Assembly (NCBI GenBank): GCA_963754315.1
Contig: CAVWFS010000010.1
Span: 78,527-142,526, forward strand
Reading direction: 5' to 3'
Source of the DNA: an uncultured Candidatus Rokubacteria bacterium
GTDB taxonomy: Bacteria; Methylomirabilota; Methylomirabilia; Rokubacteriales; CSP1-6
DNA length: 64,000 bases
Shown piece after piece: positions 20,432 through 31,202 of this stretch. Below the pieces are notes generated by a model that saw only the letters and a program-made list of their open reading frames with translations, made no database searches and had not been told where the DNA came from. Each line of letters begins with the position of its first letter. Positions within the stretch are counted from its first letter, which is position 1. Position numbers and translations under genes: made by a program.

Positions 20432-21262
20432 TCACGGCGTGTAGAAGGGTTTGTCTCCCTTGATCGTCACCCGGTGGCCGTGGCGACGCTGGGGATAGTA
20501 GTCCCACATCGCGTGGTGCTGCACGCAGCGGTTGTCCCAGAAGGCGACCGAATTGACCTGCCAGCGGAAGCGGCACTGGAACTCCGGCGTCTCAAGGTGC
20601 CGGAAAAGGAACTGGAGCAGCGCGTCGCTCTCCGCCCGCGCGAGCTGCACGATGCGCGTGGTGAAGCCGCCGTTGACGAACAGCGCCTTGCGGCCAGATA
20701 CGGGATGGGTCCGGATCACCGGGTGCTCGGCCTTGGGGAACACGCGGCCCCTGTCGTCGACACCGTAGCGCCCACGGTAGACGTGTTCGCCCTCGTGCAT
20801 GGCGGTCAGTGGCTCGAGAAAGCGCTTCATCGGCGCCGACAGCCCGTCATAGGCCGCGTACATGCTGGCGAAGAGCGTGTCGCCGCCGACCGGAGGGAGC
20901 TCGTGCATATAGAGAATGCTGCCCATGGGCGGTTCCGGATCGCAGGAGACGTCGGAGTGCCAGTTCTCGCCAGCCACCCGCGTGGATGTCTCGTCCGCAT
21001 GGATGACGAGGATCTCGGGGTGGCCTTCGAGCAGCGAGGGCGCCGCCGGATGCACATGCAGCTCGCCGAACAATCGCCCGAAGTCCTTCTGCTGCTCCGG
21101 CGTGAGGTGCTGGCCGCGGAAGAAGATGACGCCGTTGTCCACCAGGGCCGCGTGGATCTCCTTGAAGGTGCGCTCGTCGAGTGGGCGCGCGAGGTCCACA
21201 CCCCGGATCTCGGCGCCGACGTGGGGAGTGAGCTTGTCGATCTGGATGGCGGTATACGTCAT
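20432..21262 (-). CDS. tauD: TauD/TfdA family 2-oxoglutarate-dependent dioxygenase
   Basis: WHSD, GGDTLFA, HPVIRTHP.SGRK, WDNRCVQHHA. Confidence 0.88.
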   Translation of the reverse strand: MTYTAIQIDKLTPHVGAEIRGVDLARPLDERTFKEIHAALVDNGVIFFRGQHLTPEQQKDFGRLFGELHVHPAAPSLLEGHPEILVIHADETSTRVAGENWHSDVSCDPEPPMGSILYMHELPPVGGDTLFASMYAAYDGLSAPMKRFLEPLTAMHEGEHVYRGRYGVDDRGRVFPKAEHPVIRTHPVSGRKALFVNGGFTTRIVQLARAESDALLQFLFRHLETPEFQCRFRWQVNSVAFWDNRCVQHHAMWDYYPQRRHGHRVTIKGDKPFYTP

Positions 21263-21474
21263 GACGGCCTCCTGCTTGAGGCCGTGAGACAGCTGCCTGC
21301 GGTTGCCGCAGGCTAGCCGTGGCCGCCAGCAAAGTCAAGCACCGGAAAGCGCAATGGCACGGGCAAGCGCGTCGAAGCCAGTTCCACGCACGCCACGCGT
21401 CTTACCTGCACGCGGACGCCAACGTGCGTTATGGTGGTCAGATCGCTCGCGATGCCGAGGTTGAGGAGGCGCCC

Positions 21475-21831
21475 GTGAAATACATGCTGATGATCTGCCG
21501 CGACGAGCCGGCCTGGGACAAGCTCAGCGTGTCCGAGCGACAGCAGATCTACGAGGAGACCCGGGTGCTCTCGCAAGAGCTCGCATCGCGCGGCCAGTAT
21601 CTCGGCGGGTTTCCGCTGCATCCGTCGTCGTCAGCCACCAGCGTCCGCGTGCGCGACGGTAAGCGACTGGTGACCGACGGTCCATTCGCGGAGACCCGCG
21701 AACAGCTCGGTGGCTACATGCTCGTGGACGTCACGGACCTCGATGAGGCCATTGCGGTTGCGGCGCGCATCCCCTTGGCGCGCACCAGCACGATCGAGGT
21801 CCGGCCGGTGAGGGAGGGGCCGCCGACGTAG
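21475..21831 (+). CDS. YciI/DGPF family protein
   Basis: VTDGPFAETREQLGGY, IEVRPV; RBS GAGGAGG. Confidence 0.9.
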   Translation: MKYMLMICRDEPAWDKLSVSERQQIYEETRVLSQELASRGQYLGGFPLHPSSSATSVRVRDGKRLVTDGPFAETREQLGGYMLVDVTDLDEAIAVAARIPLARTSTIEVRPVREGPPT

Positions 21832-21858
21832 TTGCCAAGGGCAGGGAGCACCGTTTTT

Positions 21859-22293
21859 TCAGGAGCGTCCCGGACTCACGACCTCGAAGCCGAGCGCCCT
21901 GGCGCCGGCCGCTTCCGCAAGGTCATTGGTCATGAGACGCCGCAACCCTAGTTCCTCCATGGCCGCCAGGTGAAGCCGATCGAGAGTTCGGCAGTGGATC
22001 CTGCGCGCGTCTCGATCCTGACGTAGTGCGGTTGGGAAGAGCGAGGCGGCCAGCGGCCGGAAATTGAAGGGGTCGATCTCGTGGAACGCGTTCAATCGGT
22101 CGACATAGGCGCGGTATCGCCGTTCCCGGTATTCCCGCGAGAGCCAGCCGGCCCGGAGCTGCACCGTGGTTTCCAGTTCCGTGAGCGCCGAGACGATGAC
22201 CTCTGCCTCCCGGGCCACCGCGAGCCGCACCGCGCCACTCTCCGGTTCCTCCAGGAGGAGCTTCAGCAGACAGCTCGTGTCGAGGTAGATCAC
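21859..22293 (-). CDS. vapC: VapC family PIN toxin
   Basis: IYLDTSCLLKL...E, RTLDRLHLA.., MTND. Confidence 0.85.
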   Translation of the reverse strand: MIYLDTSCLLKLLLEEPESGAVRLAVAREAEVIVSALTELETTVQLRAGWLSREYRERRYRAYVDRLNAFHEIDPFNFRPLAASLFPTALRQDRDARRIHCRTLDRLHLAAMEELGLRRLMTNDLAEAAGARALGFEVVSPGRS

Positions 22294-22311
22294 CGCCGAG
22301 ACACCTCAAGG

Positions 22312-22560
22312 TTAATCCTTCCGGGCTGCCCTCACGGCACGATCGACCCAGCGCGAGACCTTGCCGCCAGCAATTCTTCGTTGCCACCGCGCATGCGCAG
22401 CCGGGTCGAACCGCCTACGCGGTCGCGAGCGCTCGGAAATGTGCACCAGCTTGGCGACCGGCTTTGTGTCGCGGGTGATGATGATTTCCTTCTCCACCTG
22501 GAGCAGCGCCTCGGCGTCCGGCCATCGTTGACGGAGGTCGCGGATGCTCATGGTCTTCAC
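22312..22560 (-). CDS. Phd/YefM-like antitoxin
   Basis: MSIRDLR.......L......IIITR..KPVAKL upstream of vapC. Confidence 0.8.
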   Translation of the reverse strand: MKTMSIRDLRQRWPDAEALLQVEKEIIITRDTKPVAKLVHISERSRPRRRFDPAAHARWQRRIAGGKVSRWVDRAVRAARKD

Positions 22561-22734
22561 GCGGACAGGATAACATGTTTCACGCAGCCATCGGCGGGCC
22601 CTCGACGAGGACGGTGCGCTCTTCCACCAGGACGACGTGGATCACGCCGGGCAGCTTCTGTCCCCGTGAGGGACGACGCTCTCCGTCGGGGCGTTCTCGC
22701 CGCCGTGCTGGGTCGAGATTCGGGAAGGCATTGC

Positions 22735-23314
22735 TTACGGGAGAATGTCGGCGACTGCGATAACCGCACCGGGGAGTGCGAGCGGGGAGATGAGAGCCTC
22801 CGGCCCGTGACGCTCCACGCTGCGATACGCCCACCCGTAGGCGGCCTCGGACTCTCGCGCGGGATCGCGGTGAATCTCCACCAAACGGTCCACGAGGTTC
22901 ACGATCCAATAGTCGGCGATACCTGCCCGCGCGTAGAGGCTGCCCTTGATCTACTCTGTCGCCGACGAGGCTGCTGTCGGCGACCTCCACAACCAGGACG
23001 GGCCTCTGGGGATGGGCCTGCCCGTAATCACGCCGCGTCCCCGGGACCACGGCAGCGTCCGGCTCCGGCTCAGATTCGTCGTCGAGAGCGATGGGCGCTT
23101 GCCCTCTGACGACCCAGCCACGCGTAAAGGCTTCTCGCAACGCGTCCTCGACGAGGCCCACCGCCGTCGCATGAGGACTGTTCTGAGGCTCGGCGACGAG
23201 CAGCTGGCCGCCGATCAGCTCGACTCGGTCGCCGGGCTGAAAGAAACCACACTCGACGAGCCTCTCGTACTCGACGCGTGACCATCGCCGGAGGCGAAGA
23301 TCGAGATCGGCCAC
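22735..23314 (-). CDS. Uma2 (DUF820) family endonuclease, frameshift near 22955
   Basis: RVELIGG, SEPEPD, LVVEVADSSL, then K.SLYARAGIADYWIVNL in another frame, ending IAVADILP*. Confidence 0.88.
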
Positions 23315-23321
23315 GAGTGTG

Positions 23322-23351
23322 AGGTTACCGGGCCGGCCTTGCGGCCGTCAA
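23322..23351 (-). promoter_or_regulatory. Sigma-70 promoter TTGACG-N18-TAACCT, 7 nt before the Uma2 GTG (leaderless)
   Basis: Motifs and spacing read directly; no SD present. Confidence 0.55.
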
Positions 23352-23421
23352 TGTCTCCGATCAAAGACACTGGCTCACCCGGGCGGTCAAGGGTAGAACT
23401 CTAACAGAAGGGGGAAGACTC

Positions 23422-26400
23422 TTGATCCGGGTCATCGAGTCGGCGGCGAGCGCCGAGCGAGTGGAGGCGGCACGCGAGTTCCTGGCCGCGCTGCCGGCGG
23501 CTGCCGGCGCGCTGGTGGTTGGCGCTTCGCGCGGCGCCGCCGACGACCTCGTGCGACGGGTGACGGCGACGGCCGGCGTCACGTTCGGGATCCATCGCAT
23601 GAGCCTCACCCAGCTGGCCGTGCACATGGCGGCCATGGCGTTGGCTCAGCGCGGTGCGGTTCCCCTGACATCGCTCGGCGCGGAGGCGGTCACAGCGCGT
23701 GTCATCTTCGAGACGCTCGCGGCAGATACCCTCGGGTACTTCACTCCGGTGGCGCGCTTCCCAGGCTTCGCGCGCGCTGTCGCTTCGACCCTCGGCGAGC
23801 TGCGGCTCGCCCAGATTGTGCCGGAGGCGCTGGGGGCAACACGAGCACCGGCGGCCGCGGGGCAGGGGGCGGGGAATGCGAGCGGGGACGTAGCCGAGCT
23901 GCTGACTCGGTTCGCTAAACTACTGGGGACGGGAGGGCTGGCCGACCGCCGCGCGCTCTTCGATCTGGCGGTGTCGGCAGGCGCGACAGCGGCGATCGCC
24001 GGGCTACCGCTCGTGCTGCTCGACGTCCCGATCCCCTCGTCGACCGAGGCCACCTTCGTCGGGCGGCTTTTCGCCCTGTCGCCCTCGGTACTCGTCACTG
24101 TTCCCGCCGGAGACGACAGCACCGTGCGCGCGCTCGAGGCGCTGGGTGCTCGGCCCGAACGGCCGAGCCGGCGCGCGCTCAAGCGACGCACGGATACCAC
24201 AGCGACGGATGACGCCTCCGGCCTCGGACACTTGCGCAGATACCTCTTCTCCGAGACCGCACCGACCTCTGAGGCTCAGCCGGGTGAAGCCGTCTTTTTT
24301 TCCGCGCCGGGTGAGGGCCGGGAGGCGATCGAGATTGCACGGCGCCTTCTCGGAGAGGCGCGAGATGGGACGCCGTTCGACCAGATCGCGATCCTGCTTC
24401 GCGCGCCGCAGGTCTACTCCAGTCTGCTCGAGATCGCGCTCGGCCGGGCGGGGATTCCCGTCTTCTTCGCGCGGGGCGTACGGAGGCCCCATCCGGCAGG
24501 GCGCGCGCTGCTTGCCCTGCTCGACTGCGCCAGAGAGAAGCTCTCGGCCCGGCGATTCGCGGAGTACCTGTCGCTCGGCCAGGTTCCCCCCCTCGACGCC
24601 GATGGCACGCCGCCGCGAGCCGTGGGCGTGTGGGTGGAAGCTGACGCCGAGGCGCTGACCCTGGGAGCCGACGATGGCAACCCGGAGACGGACGAGCTGG
24701 CGCCGACCGAGGCCCCCGTGGAGGATACCGACACGCGCCCCGTCCTCGAAGGCGCGCTACGCGCGCCGTGGAAGTGGGAGCGGTTCCTCGTCGATTCGGC
24801 GGTGATCGGAGGCCGCGAACGGTGGAGTCGACGCCTGGACGGCTTTGCCGAGGAGCTTCGCCTGAAGGTTGGGGAGCTTCGCCGGGAGGAACCAGATTCT
24901 CCACGAGTCGCGGCGATCGAGCGGGATCTGGCGGATCTCGAGCACCTCCGGCGATTCGTGCTTCCCGTGATCGAGCGGCTGGCGGCGCTGCCCGTGCAGG
25001 CTACGTGGGGCGAGTGGATCACCGAACTCGAAGGGCTCACCCCGATGGTTCTCAGGCGACCGGAGCGGGTGCTCGCCGTGCTGGCGGAGCTTCGTGTGCT
25101 CGGTCCGATCGGGCCGGTGACGCTCGACGAAGTGCGGGACGTGCTTGCCGATGAACTGGCCACGGTGGCCGAGCGGCCGCCGGCGACCCGCTACGGGCGG
25201 GTGTTCGTGGGCACGCTCGAGCAGGCCCGGGGGCACGCGTTCGAGGTGGTGTTCGTCCCGGGCCTTGCCGAGCGCGTCTTTCCCCAGAAACCGCGAGAGG
25301 ACCCGATCCTTCTGGACATCTTGCGGCGGGAGATCGGCGCTCAGCTCAGACTGCAGGGTGATCGCGCCCAGCACGAGCGCCTTCTCCTGCGCATCGCCGT
25401 CGGCGCGGCGGCGCGGCGCGTGTATCTGTCCTACTCGCGAATCGAGCTGGTGGAGGCGCGCCCGCGCGTGCCGTCGTTCTACGCGATGGAAGTGCAGCGG
25501 GCGCTGGCCGGGCGGATTCCCGATCCGCAGACGCTCGAGCGCGATGCGGCGGAGAGGGGGCACGCTCGGCTGGCATGGCCCGCCCCCGACGATCCCGCGC
25601 AGGCCATCGACGAGATCGAGCACGATTTGGCGAGCCTGGGCGCGCTCCTGCGTCGGCCAACGGCCGAGGTGCGGGGGCGCGCGCGCTATCTACTCGAGCT
25701 GAACGACCGGCTCGCGCGATCCCTGCGCACGCGGTGGGCGCGCTGGCGGCCGCGCTTTACGCCGTACGACGGCATCGTGCAGCTCGCCGATGGCACCCGC
25801 GGCCTCCTGGAGGCCTCGCGGCCGACGGCACGCGCCTACTCCGTCTCGGCCCTCCAGCGTTTCGCCGCCTGCCCGTACCAGTTTTATCTCTCCGCGATCT
25901 GCCGGCTGGCCCCGCGCAAAGAAATCGGGCCCCTCGATCGGCTCGACCCGCTGACGCGGGGGAGCCTCTTTCACCAGGCCCAGGCGGAGTGCTTGCGCCT
26001 CCTCCAAGGGACAGGGCAGCTTCCCTTGTCACAGGCGAAATTGCCGGAGGCGCTGAGTGTGCTTGATCGGGTGCTGGACCGCGTCGCCGGCGAGTATCGC
26101 GAGAAGCTCGCGCCGGCCATCGCGCGGGTCTGGCAGGACGAGATCGAGTCGATTCGCGTCGATCTACGTACGTGGCTCGATCGATCCATTGAAGGGCAAG
26201 CCACCTGGGAGCCTTTCGCGTTCGAGCTGGCCTTCGGTCTGCCCGGCGGACCCGGTGTGGACGCGGGCAGCATCCGCGAGGAGGTCACCCTGCCCGGCGG
26301 CTGGCGCCTGCGCGGCATCATCGACCTGATCGAGCGGCGTCGTGAACGCCCCGATCTGCGGGTCACCGACCACAAGACGGGGCTCAATCGCACGGCTGCC

Positions 26401-26751
26401 GGCCTTGTGGTCGGCAAGGGTGAGGCGCTCCAGCCTGTGCTCTATGGTCTCGCGGTGGAGCAGATCTTCGGACAACCCGTGGTCGAGTCGCGCCTCTCAT
26501 ACTGCACGCGGGCCGGAGAGTTCTCGGAGCGAGTCGTTCCCATGGCCGAGCCTGCGCGCGAGCGCGGCCTCGAAGTGCTCACGCTGATCGACCGCGCCAT
26601 TGCAAAGGGGTTCTTGCCGCCGGCGCCTCGCCAGAAAGCGTGCGCCATCTGCGACTTTCTTCTGATCTGCGGTCCGAGCGAGGAGCGCCGCATCGAGCAG
26701 AAGGACCAGCGGGCCCTTCAAGACCTCTTACTCTTGCGGAGCTGGCCATGA
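23422..26751 (+). CDS. addB: AddB-like helicase-nuclease subunit with a PD-(D/E)XK nuclease domain and Fe-S cysteines
   Basis: SVSALQRFAACPY, GIIDLIE..VTDHKTG, Q..LY, CAICDF..IC; no intact Walker A. Confidence 0.82.
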   Translation: MIRVIESAASAERVEAAREFLAALPAAAGALVVGASRGAADDLVRRVTATAGVTFGIHRMSLTQLAVHMAAMALAQRGAVPLTSLGAEAVTARVIFETLAADTLGYFTPVARFPGFARAVASTLGELRLAQIVPEALGATRAPAAAGQGAGNASGDVAELLTRFAKLLGTGGLADRRALFDLAVSAGATAAIAGLPLVLLDVPIPSSTEATFVGRLFALSPSVLVTVPAGDDSTVRALEALGARPERPSRRALKRRTDTTATDDASGLGHLRRYLFSETAPTSEAQPGEAVFFSAPGEGREAIEIARRLLGEARDGTPFDQIAILLRAPQVYSSLLEIALGRAGIPVFFARGVRRPHPAGRALLALLDCAREKLSARRFAEYLSLGQVPPLDADGTPPRAVGVWVEADAEALTLGADDGNPETDELAPTEAPVEDTDTRPVLEGALRAPWKWERFLVDSAVIGGRERWSRRLDGFAEELRLKVGELRREEPDSPRVAAIERDLADLEHLRRFVLPVIERLAALPVQATWGEWITELEGLTPMVLRRPERVLAVLAELRVLGPIGPVTLDEVRDVLADELATVAERPPATRYGRVFVGTLEQARGHAFEVVFVPGLAERVFPQKPREDPILLDILRREIGAQLRLQGDRAQHERLLLRIAVGAAARRVYLSYSRIELVEARPRVPSFYAMEVQRALAGRIPDPQTLERDAAERGHARLAWPAPDDPAQAIDEIEHDLASLGALLRRPTAEVRGRARYLLELNDRLARSLRTRWARWRPRFTPYDGIVQLADGTRGLLEASRPTARAYSVSALQRFAACPYQFYLSAICRLAPRKEIGPLDRLDPLTRGSLFHQAQAECLRLLQGTGQLPLSQAKLPEALSVLDRVLDRVAGEYREKLAPAIARVWQDEIESIRVDLRTWLDRSIEGQATWEPFAFELAFGLPGGPGVDAGSIREEVTLPGGWRLRGIIDLIERRRERPDLRVTDHKTGLNRTAAGLVVGKGEALQPVLYGLAVEQIFGQPVVESRLSYCTRAGEFSERVVPMAEPARERGLEVLTLIDRAIAKGFLPPAPRQKACAICDFLLICGPSEERRIEQKDQRALQDLLLLRSWP

Positions 26752-29700
26752 CCCGGCTCGTCGACCAGGACGTGCGCGATCGGATCCGGACGTCTCTCGA
26801 CGAGAGCATGATCGTCGAGGCGGCGGCGGGCACCGGGAAAACAAGCGAGCTGGTAGCACGGTTGGTCTCGGTGCTTGCTGAAGGTCGCGGCAATGTCCAG
26901 AGTGTCGTCGCCGTGACCTTCACCGAGAAAGCGGCCGGCGAGCTGAAGCTACGGCTGCGGGTGGAGCTGGAGCAGGCGCGCCAGGAGGCCCGGCCGGGCT
27001 CAGCAGAGCGGGGCAGGCTCGAGGAAGCGGTGGCCCACCTGGAAGAGGCGCACGTGAGCACGATCCACGGATTCTGCAACGAGCTTCTGCACGAACGTCC
27101 CGTGGAGGCGCTCGTGGACCCGCGGTTTCAGGTGCTGACCGAGCCGGAGGCGGAGGCCCTTTACCGTCGGGCCTTCGACGGCTGGGTCGAGGCGGAACTG
27201 GAGCGGCCACGGGAGGGGCTGCGGCGCGGGCTTCGCCGCCGGGCGGCCCTCGATGATGGGGACCCACTCGAGCGGCTCCGGCGTGCTGGCTGGACACTCG
27301 CCGGCTGGCGGGACTTTCGCGCACCGTGGCGCCGGGAGGCATTCGCGCGGGAGGCCGCCATCGACGAGCTGATCGAGCGCGTGCATGCCTTGCGTGATCT
27401 GCTGCGCGCGTGTGCGACTCCGGCCGACGGCCTCTACGCCGACACGTGGCTGGCGCGCCGCATCAGCGACGACGTGCGCGTGAGTGAACCCCTGATCCCG
27501 CGCGACTACGACGGGCTCGAGGCGGCCCTGGTCGAGCTGGCCCGCAGCCGGCAATTCAGGCGTCCGCGCAAGGGCTACGATCGCAATTACCGAGGTGGTG
27601 TCACGCGCGAAGGAGTCTTGGGGGCGCACGCGCTCCTCTGCACGGCACTCGACGACTTTGCTCGACGGTCCGATGCCGACCTGGTAGCGCTCCTCCAAGG
27701 GGAGCTGTTCGCCACCGTGGACGCCTACACCGCCCTCAAGACGCGGGCGGGGTGTCTTGACTTCCTCGATCTCCTGCTCCGAACGCGTGACCTCGTGCGA
27801 GACCGCGCTGATGTCAGAGCGGAGCTGCAACGGCGATTCAGCCACATCTTCGTCGACGAGTTCCAGGACACCGATCCGCTCCAGGCCGAGATTCTGCTGC
27901 TCCTCGCCGGCACCGATCCGAGCCTCGTGCGCTGGCGCGATGTCGTCCCGGTCCCCGGCAAGCTATTCGTGGTGGGAGACCCCAAGCAGTCAATCTATCG
28001 GTTCCGCCGGGCCGACGTCGGTATCTACCAGGAGGTGAAGCGCCTCCTGAGTCGCCGTGGCACCGTCGTGGTGGAGCTGACCTCGAGCTTCCGCGCCATG
28101 CCAGCCCTGCAGCGACTGGTCAACGCCGCGTTTGGGCCGCGCATGGTCGAGGATCACGCCACGCTCCAGTCGGGTTACGTTCCGCTCGCACCGTATCGCG
28201 CGGAGCGCTCTGGCCAGCCAAGCGTGGTGGCGCTGCCGGTTCCGCGCCCTTACGGCCGATGGAGCCTCACCAAGACCGCCATCGAAGCGTCGTTGCCCGA
28301 CACGGTCGCCGCATTCGTCCACTGGCTCATTGAGAAGAGCGGCTGGCGCGTGACGGAACGAGACCGGCCCGGCGAAGAGATCGCGGTGGCGGCCCGCCAC
28401 GTGTGCGTGCTTTTTCGCCGCTTCACCCAGTGGGGCGCCGACGTGACCCAGCCCTATGTCGAGGCGCTCGAGGCTCGGGGGATTCGCCACATGCTGGTGG
28501 GCGGCAAGTCGTTCCACCAGCGTGAGGAGGTCGAGAGCCTGCGCACGGCCCTCACCGCCATCGAGTGGCCGGACGACGATCTCGCCGTCTACGGGGCTCT
28601 GCGTGGCCCCCTATTTGCGGTGGGAGACGAGGCCCTACTCGAATACCGAGAGCGCGTCGGCCGCTTGCATCCTTTCCGCGTCCGTCCCCCGGGTGAGGGT
28701 GAGCCCATGGCCCCCCATCTGACACCGGTCGTGGAGGGGCTTCGGTTACTGGCCGAGCTGCATCGCCGTCGCAACGTTCGTCCGGTCGAAGAGACGATCG
28801 CCGCGCTGCTCACCGCGACCCGGGCTCACGCCGCGTTCATCCTTCGTCCCTCTGGCGAGCGGGCGCTCGCGAATGTCCTCCGGGTCGCGGAACTGGCCCG
28901 CCAATGGGAGGCGTCGGGCGGGATCTCGTTCCGTGGCTTCGTTGAGCAGCTGGCCGAGCAGAGCGAGGGTGAGGCAACCGAGGCGCCCGTGGTGGAGGAG
29001 GGGAGCGAAGGGGTGAGGATCATGACCGTGCACCGCGCCAAGGGGCTCGAGTTCCCGGTCGTGATCCTTGCCGACATCGGCGCGAACGCGACCGCTCAGA
29101 ATCCCGATCGCTTCGTCGACAGCGAGCGCGAGCTCTGCGCGGTGCGACTGACGGGCTGGTCGCCCTGGGACCTCATCGATCACGAGGCGGAGGAGATGGC
29201 ACGCGACCGCGCGGAGGGCGTGCGTCTGGCGTATGTGGCGGCAACCCGCGCGCGTGATCTATTGGTGATTCCAGCCGTGGGCGACGATCCGTTCGCCAAC
29301 AACTGGGAGTCGGCGCCCGAGAGCTGGATTGCGCCAGTTCAGCAGGCTGTCTATCCCCCGGCTGAACGACGGCGCGCCCCCCAGCCTGCTCCCGCCTGTC
29401 CGCCATTCGGTGAGGATAGCGTTCTCGAGCGGCCAGATCGTGAGACGCCTGGCCGTGACAACGTACAGCCGGGACTTCACGTGCTCGGAAGGGTGGCCGC
29501 CGAGGCATATCCGGTCGTCTGGTGGGACCCGCGCGTGTTGACGCTCGGCGTCCAGCCGCTCTTCGGCCTGCGCCGCCAGGATCTCATCGAAGAGCCTGCA
29601 CCCGAGGTACTGGCCGCCGACCGGCAAAGCTACGCAGAGTGGCAGCGGACGCGCGAGGCGACGCGAGAGCGCGGCGCGCAGTCCGACGTTCACCGTGCGC

Positions 29701-30306
29701 ACGGTGACCGCGTGGGCGCAGGGCGCCACGCCTGGCGACGCCGGTGAGCACGCTACCGCCGGCGAGTCCGCGCGGGCTTCCCACTCCGGTGAAGAGCCGG
29801 TGTCCGCGGCCGACGCGGTGGCCGTGGACGTATTGGACGTCGTCGCGGCCACCCGCATCGTCCGGCCGACCGGACCTCGTTTCGGAACCCTCGTGCACGC
29901 GATCCTGGCCACGGTGGCGCTCGACGCCCAGCATGACGCGATCGCAGAGATGGCACGAGCGCAGGGGCGCATTCTGGGGGCGACACCCGAAGAGGCGCTG
30001 GCAGCGACGGTGCTCGTGGAGGCTGCCCTCGCCCATCCACTCCTCGCGCGCGCCCGGGAGGCGTGGCGCCGAGGCCGCTGCCGGCGGGAGGCTCCCGTCA
30101 CGGGCGTCCAGGCGGACGGCTCGATCCTCGAAGGCGTGCTGGATCTGGCCTTCGAGGAGGACGAGGGTTGGACAGTGGTCGACTTCAAGACCCAGGCCGA
30201 ACTGGTCGGGCCGCTCGCCCGCCACCGTCGACAGGTCGCCGCCTATGCCTCGATGGTGGCGCGGGTCACTGGGCGTCCGGCCCGGGCCGTGCTGCTGCGG
30301 CTATAG
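26748..30306 (+). CDS. addA: AddA-like UvrD helicase-nuclease, frameshift near 29690
   Basis: AAAGTGKT, VTFTEKAAGEL, VDEFQDT, VGDPKQSIYRFRRAD, MTVHRAKGLEFP, YVAATRA, C-terminal GVLDL..VVDFKT; ATGA overlap with addB. Confidence 0.88.
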
Positions 30307-31185
30307 AAAGATGCCCGGGGTTTTCGGATCCGCCGAGAGCTCCATGAGATCCTCGCCGAAGACGATCACGCCGCCGTACACCTTGGCCATCTCGGCGATC
30401 ACGCGTTCCCGAACTCCGGGCAGATCGAACTGATTGTAAATATGCGAGGCCACCAGGCAGCGCACTCCGGCGGCGGCCGCGGTTCGGGCGGCCTCGAGGT
30501 GGCCGCTCGTGCCTGTCCGGGTGGCCTGATTGTCGACCGAGCCCGTGATGTGTGAGCACATATGGATGAGCACGTCGCACCCTTCCGCCAGCTTCTCGAG
30601 CGCTCGACTCGGCCCCGTATCCCCCGTGTACACCATGGAACCTGAGTCCGAATCGAGCCGAAGAGCGAGGCAGGTGAGATAGGGCTGAGCATGCGGAACC
30701 TCGGTCGCCCGTACCCGCCAGTGATCCGTTTCGATGACGCTTTCCTTGCCGATCTCGGTGACGTCCGGTGCCGGTGGACGTCGCGGTTCCTGGCCGCCCC
30801 GGGCCCGGTACACGTGCAAGCTCGCGTCCCACTTGGTCCGTGCTTCGATGTCCGGGCCGAGAACTCCGTCCGGTCCAATCAGCCTGTCGATCAGTCTTTT
30901 GATCGGTGGTGGACCATAGACCTTGAGCTCGGGTATCTGGGCGGCGCCGTGGTCCCATCGGGTCAGCAAGAGCCGTGGAAAGTCGATGAAGTGGTCATAG
31001 TGTAGGTGCGAGAAGAAGGCGTGGGTGACATCGGTCGCCCGTGTCCCCGTTTGCAAGAGCCGATGATGGCTGCCCGGCCCATGATCGAAGACGATGACGT
31101 CGTCGCCGAGAGAGACCATGTAGCCGGGGCCCATGCGCTTCAACGAGGGGGCAGGGTTACCCGTGCCCAGCAACGTGATCTTCAT
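30301..31185 (-). CDS. MBL-fold hydrolase, RNase Z/arylsulfatase (AtsA/ElaC)-like
   Basis: LLGTG.P, SHLHYDH, VPH, YTGDT, ASHI. Confidence 0.88.
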   Translation of the reverse strand: MKITLLGTGNPAPSLKRMGPGYMVSLGDDVIVFDHGPGSHHRLLQTGTRATDVTHAFFSHLHYDHFIDFPRLLLTRWDHGAAQIPELKVYGPPPIKRLIDRLIGPDGVLGPDIEARTKWDASLHVYRARGGQEPRRPPAPDVTEIGKESVIETDHWRVRATEVPHAQPYLTCLALRLDSDSGSMVYTGDTGPSRALEKLAEGCDVLIHMCSHITGSVDNQATRTGTSGHLEAARTAAAAGVRCLVASHIYNQFDLPGVRERVIAEMAKVYGGVIVFGEDLMELSADPKTPGIFL

Positions 31186-31202
31186 CGGTGCTCCTCCGGG
31201 GG

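Noticed and set aside
21356..21372. TGGCACGGGCAAGCG as a sigma-54 promoter
   Set aside because: GG-to-GC spacing is 9, not the required 10.
23422..30306. Nuclease-helicase pair as a novel defence or Cas4-like system
   Set aside because: Motifs and gene order match ordinary AddAB-type repair enzymes; there is no CRISPR array or cas gene.
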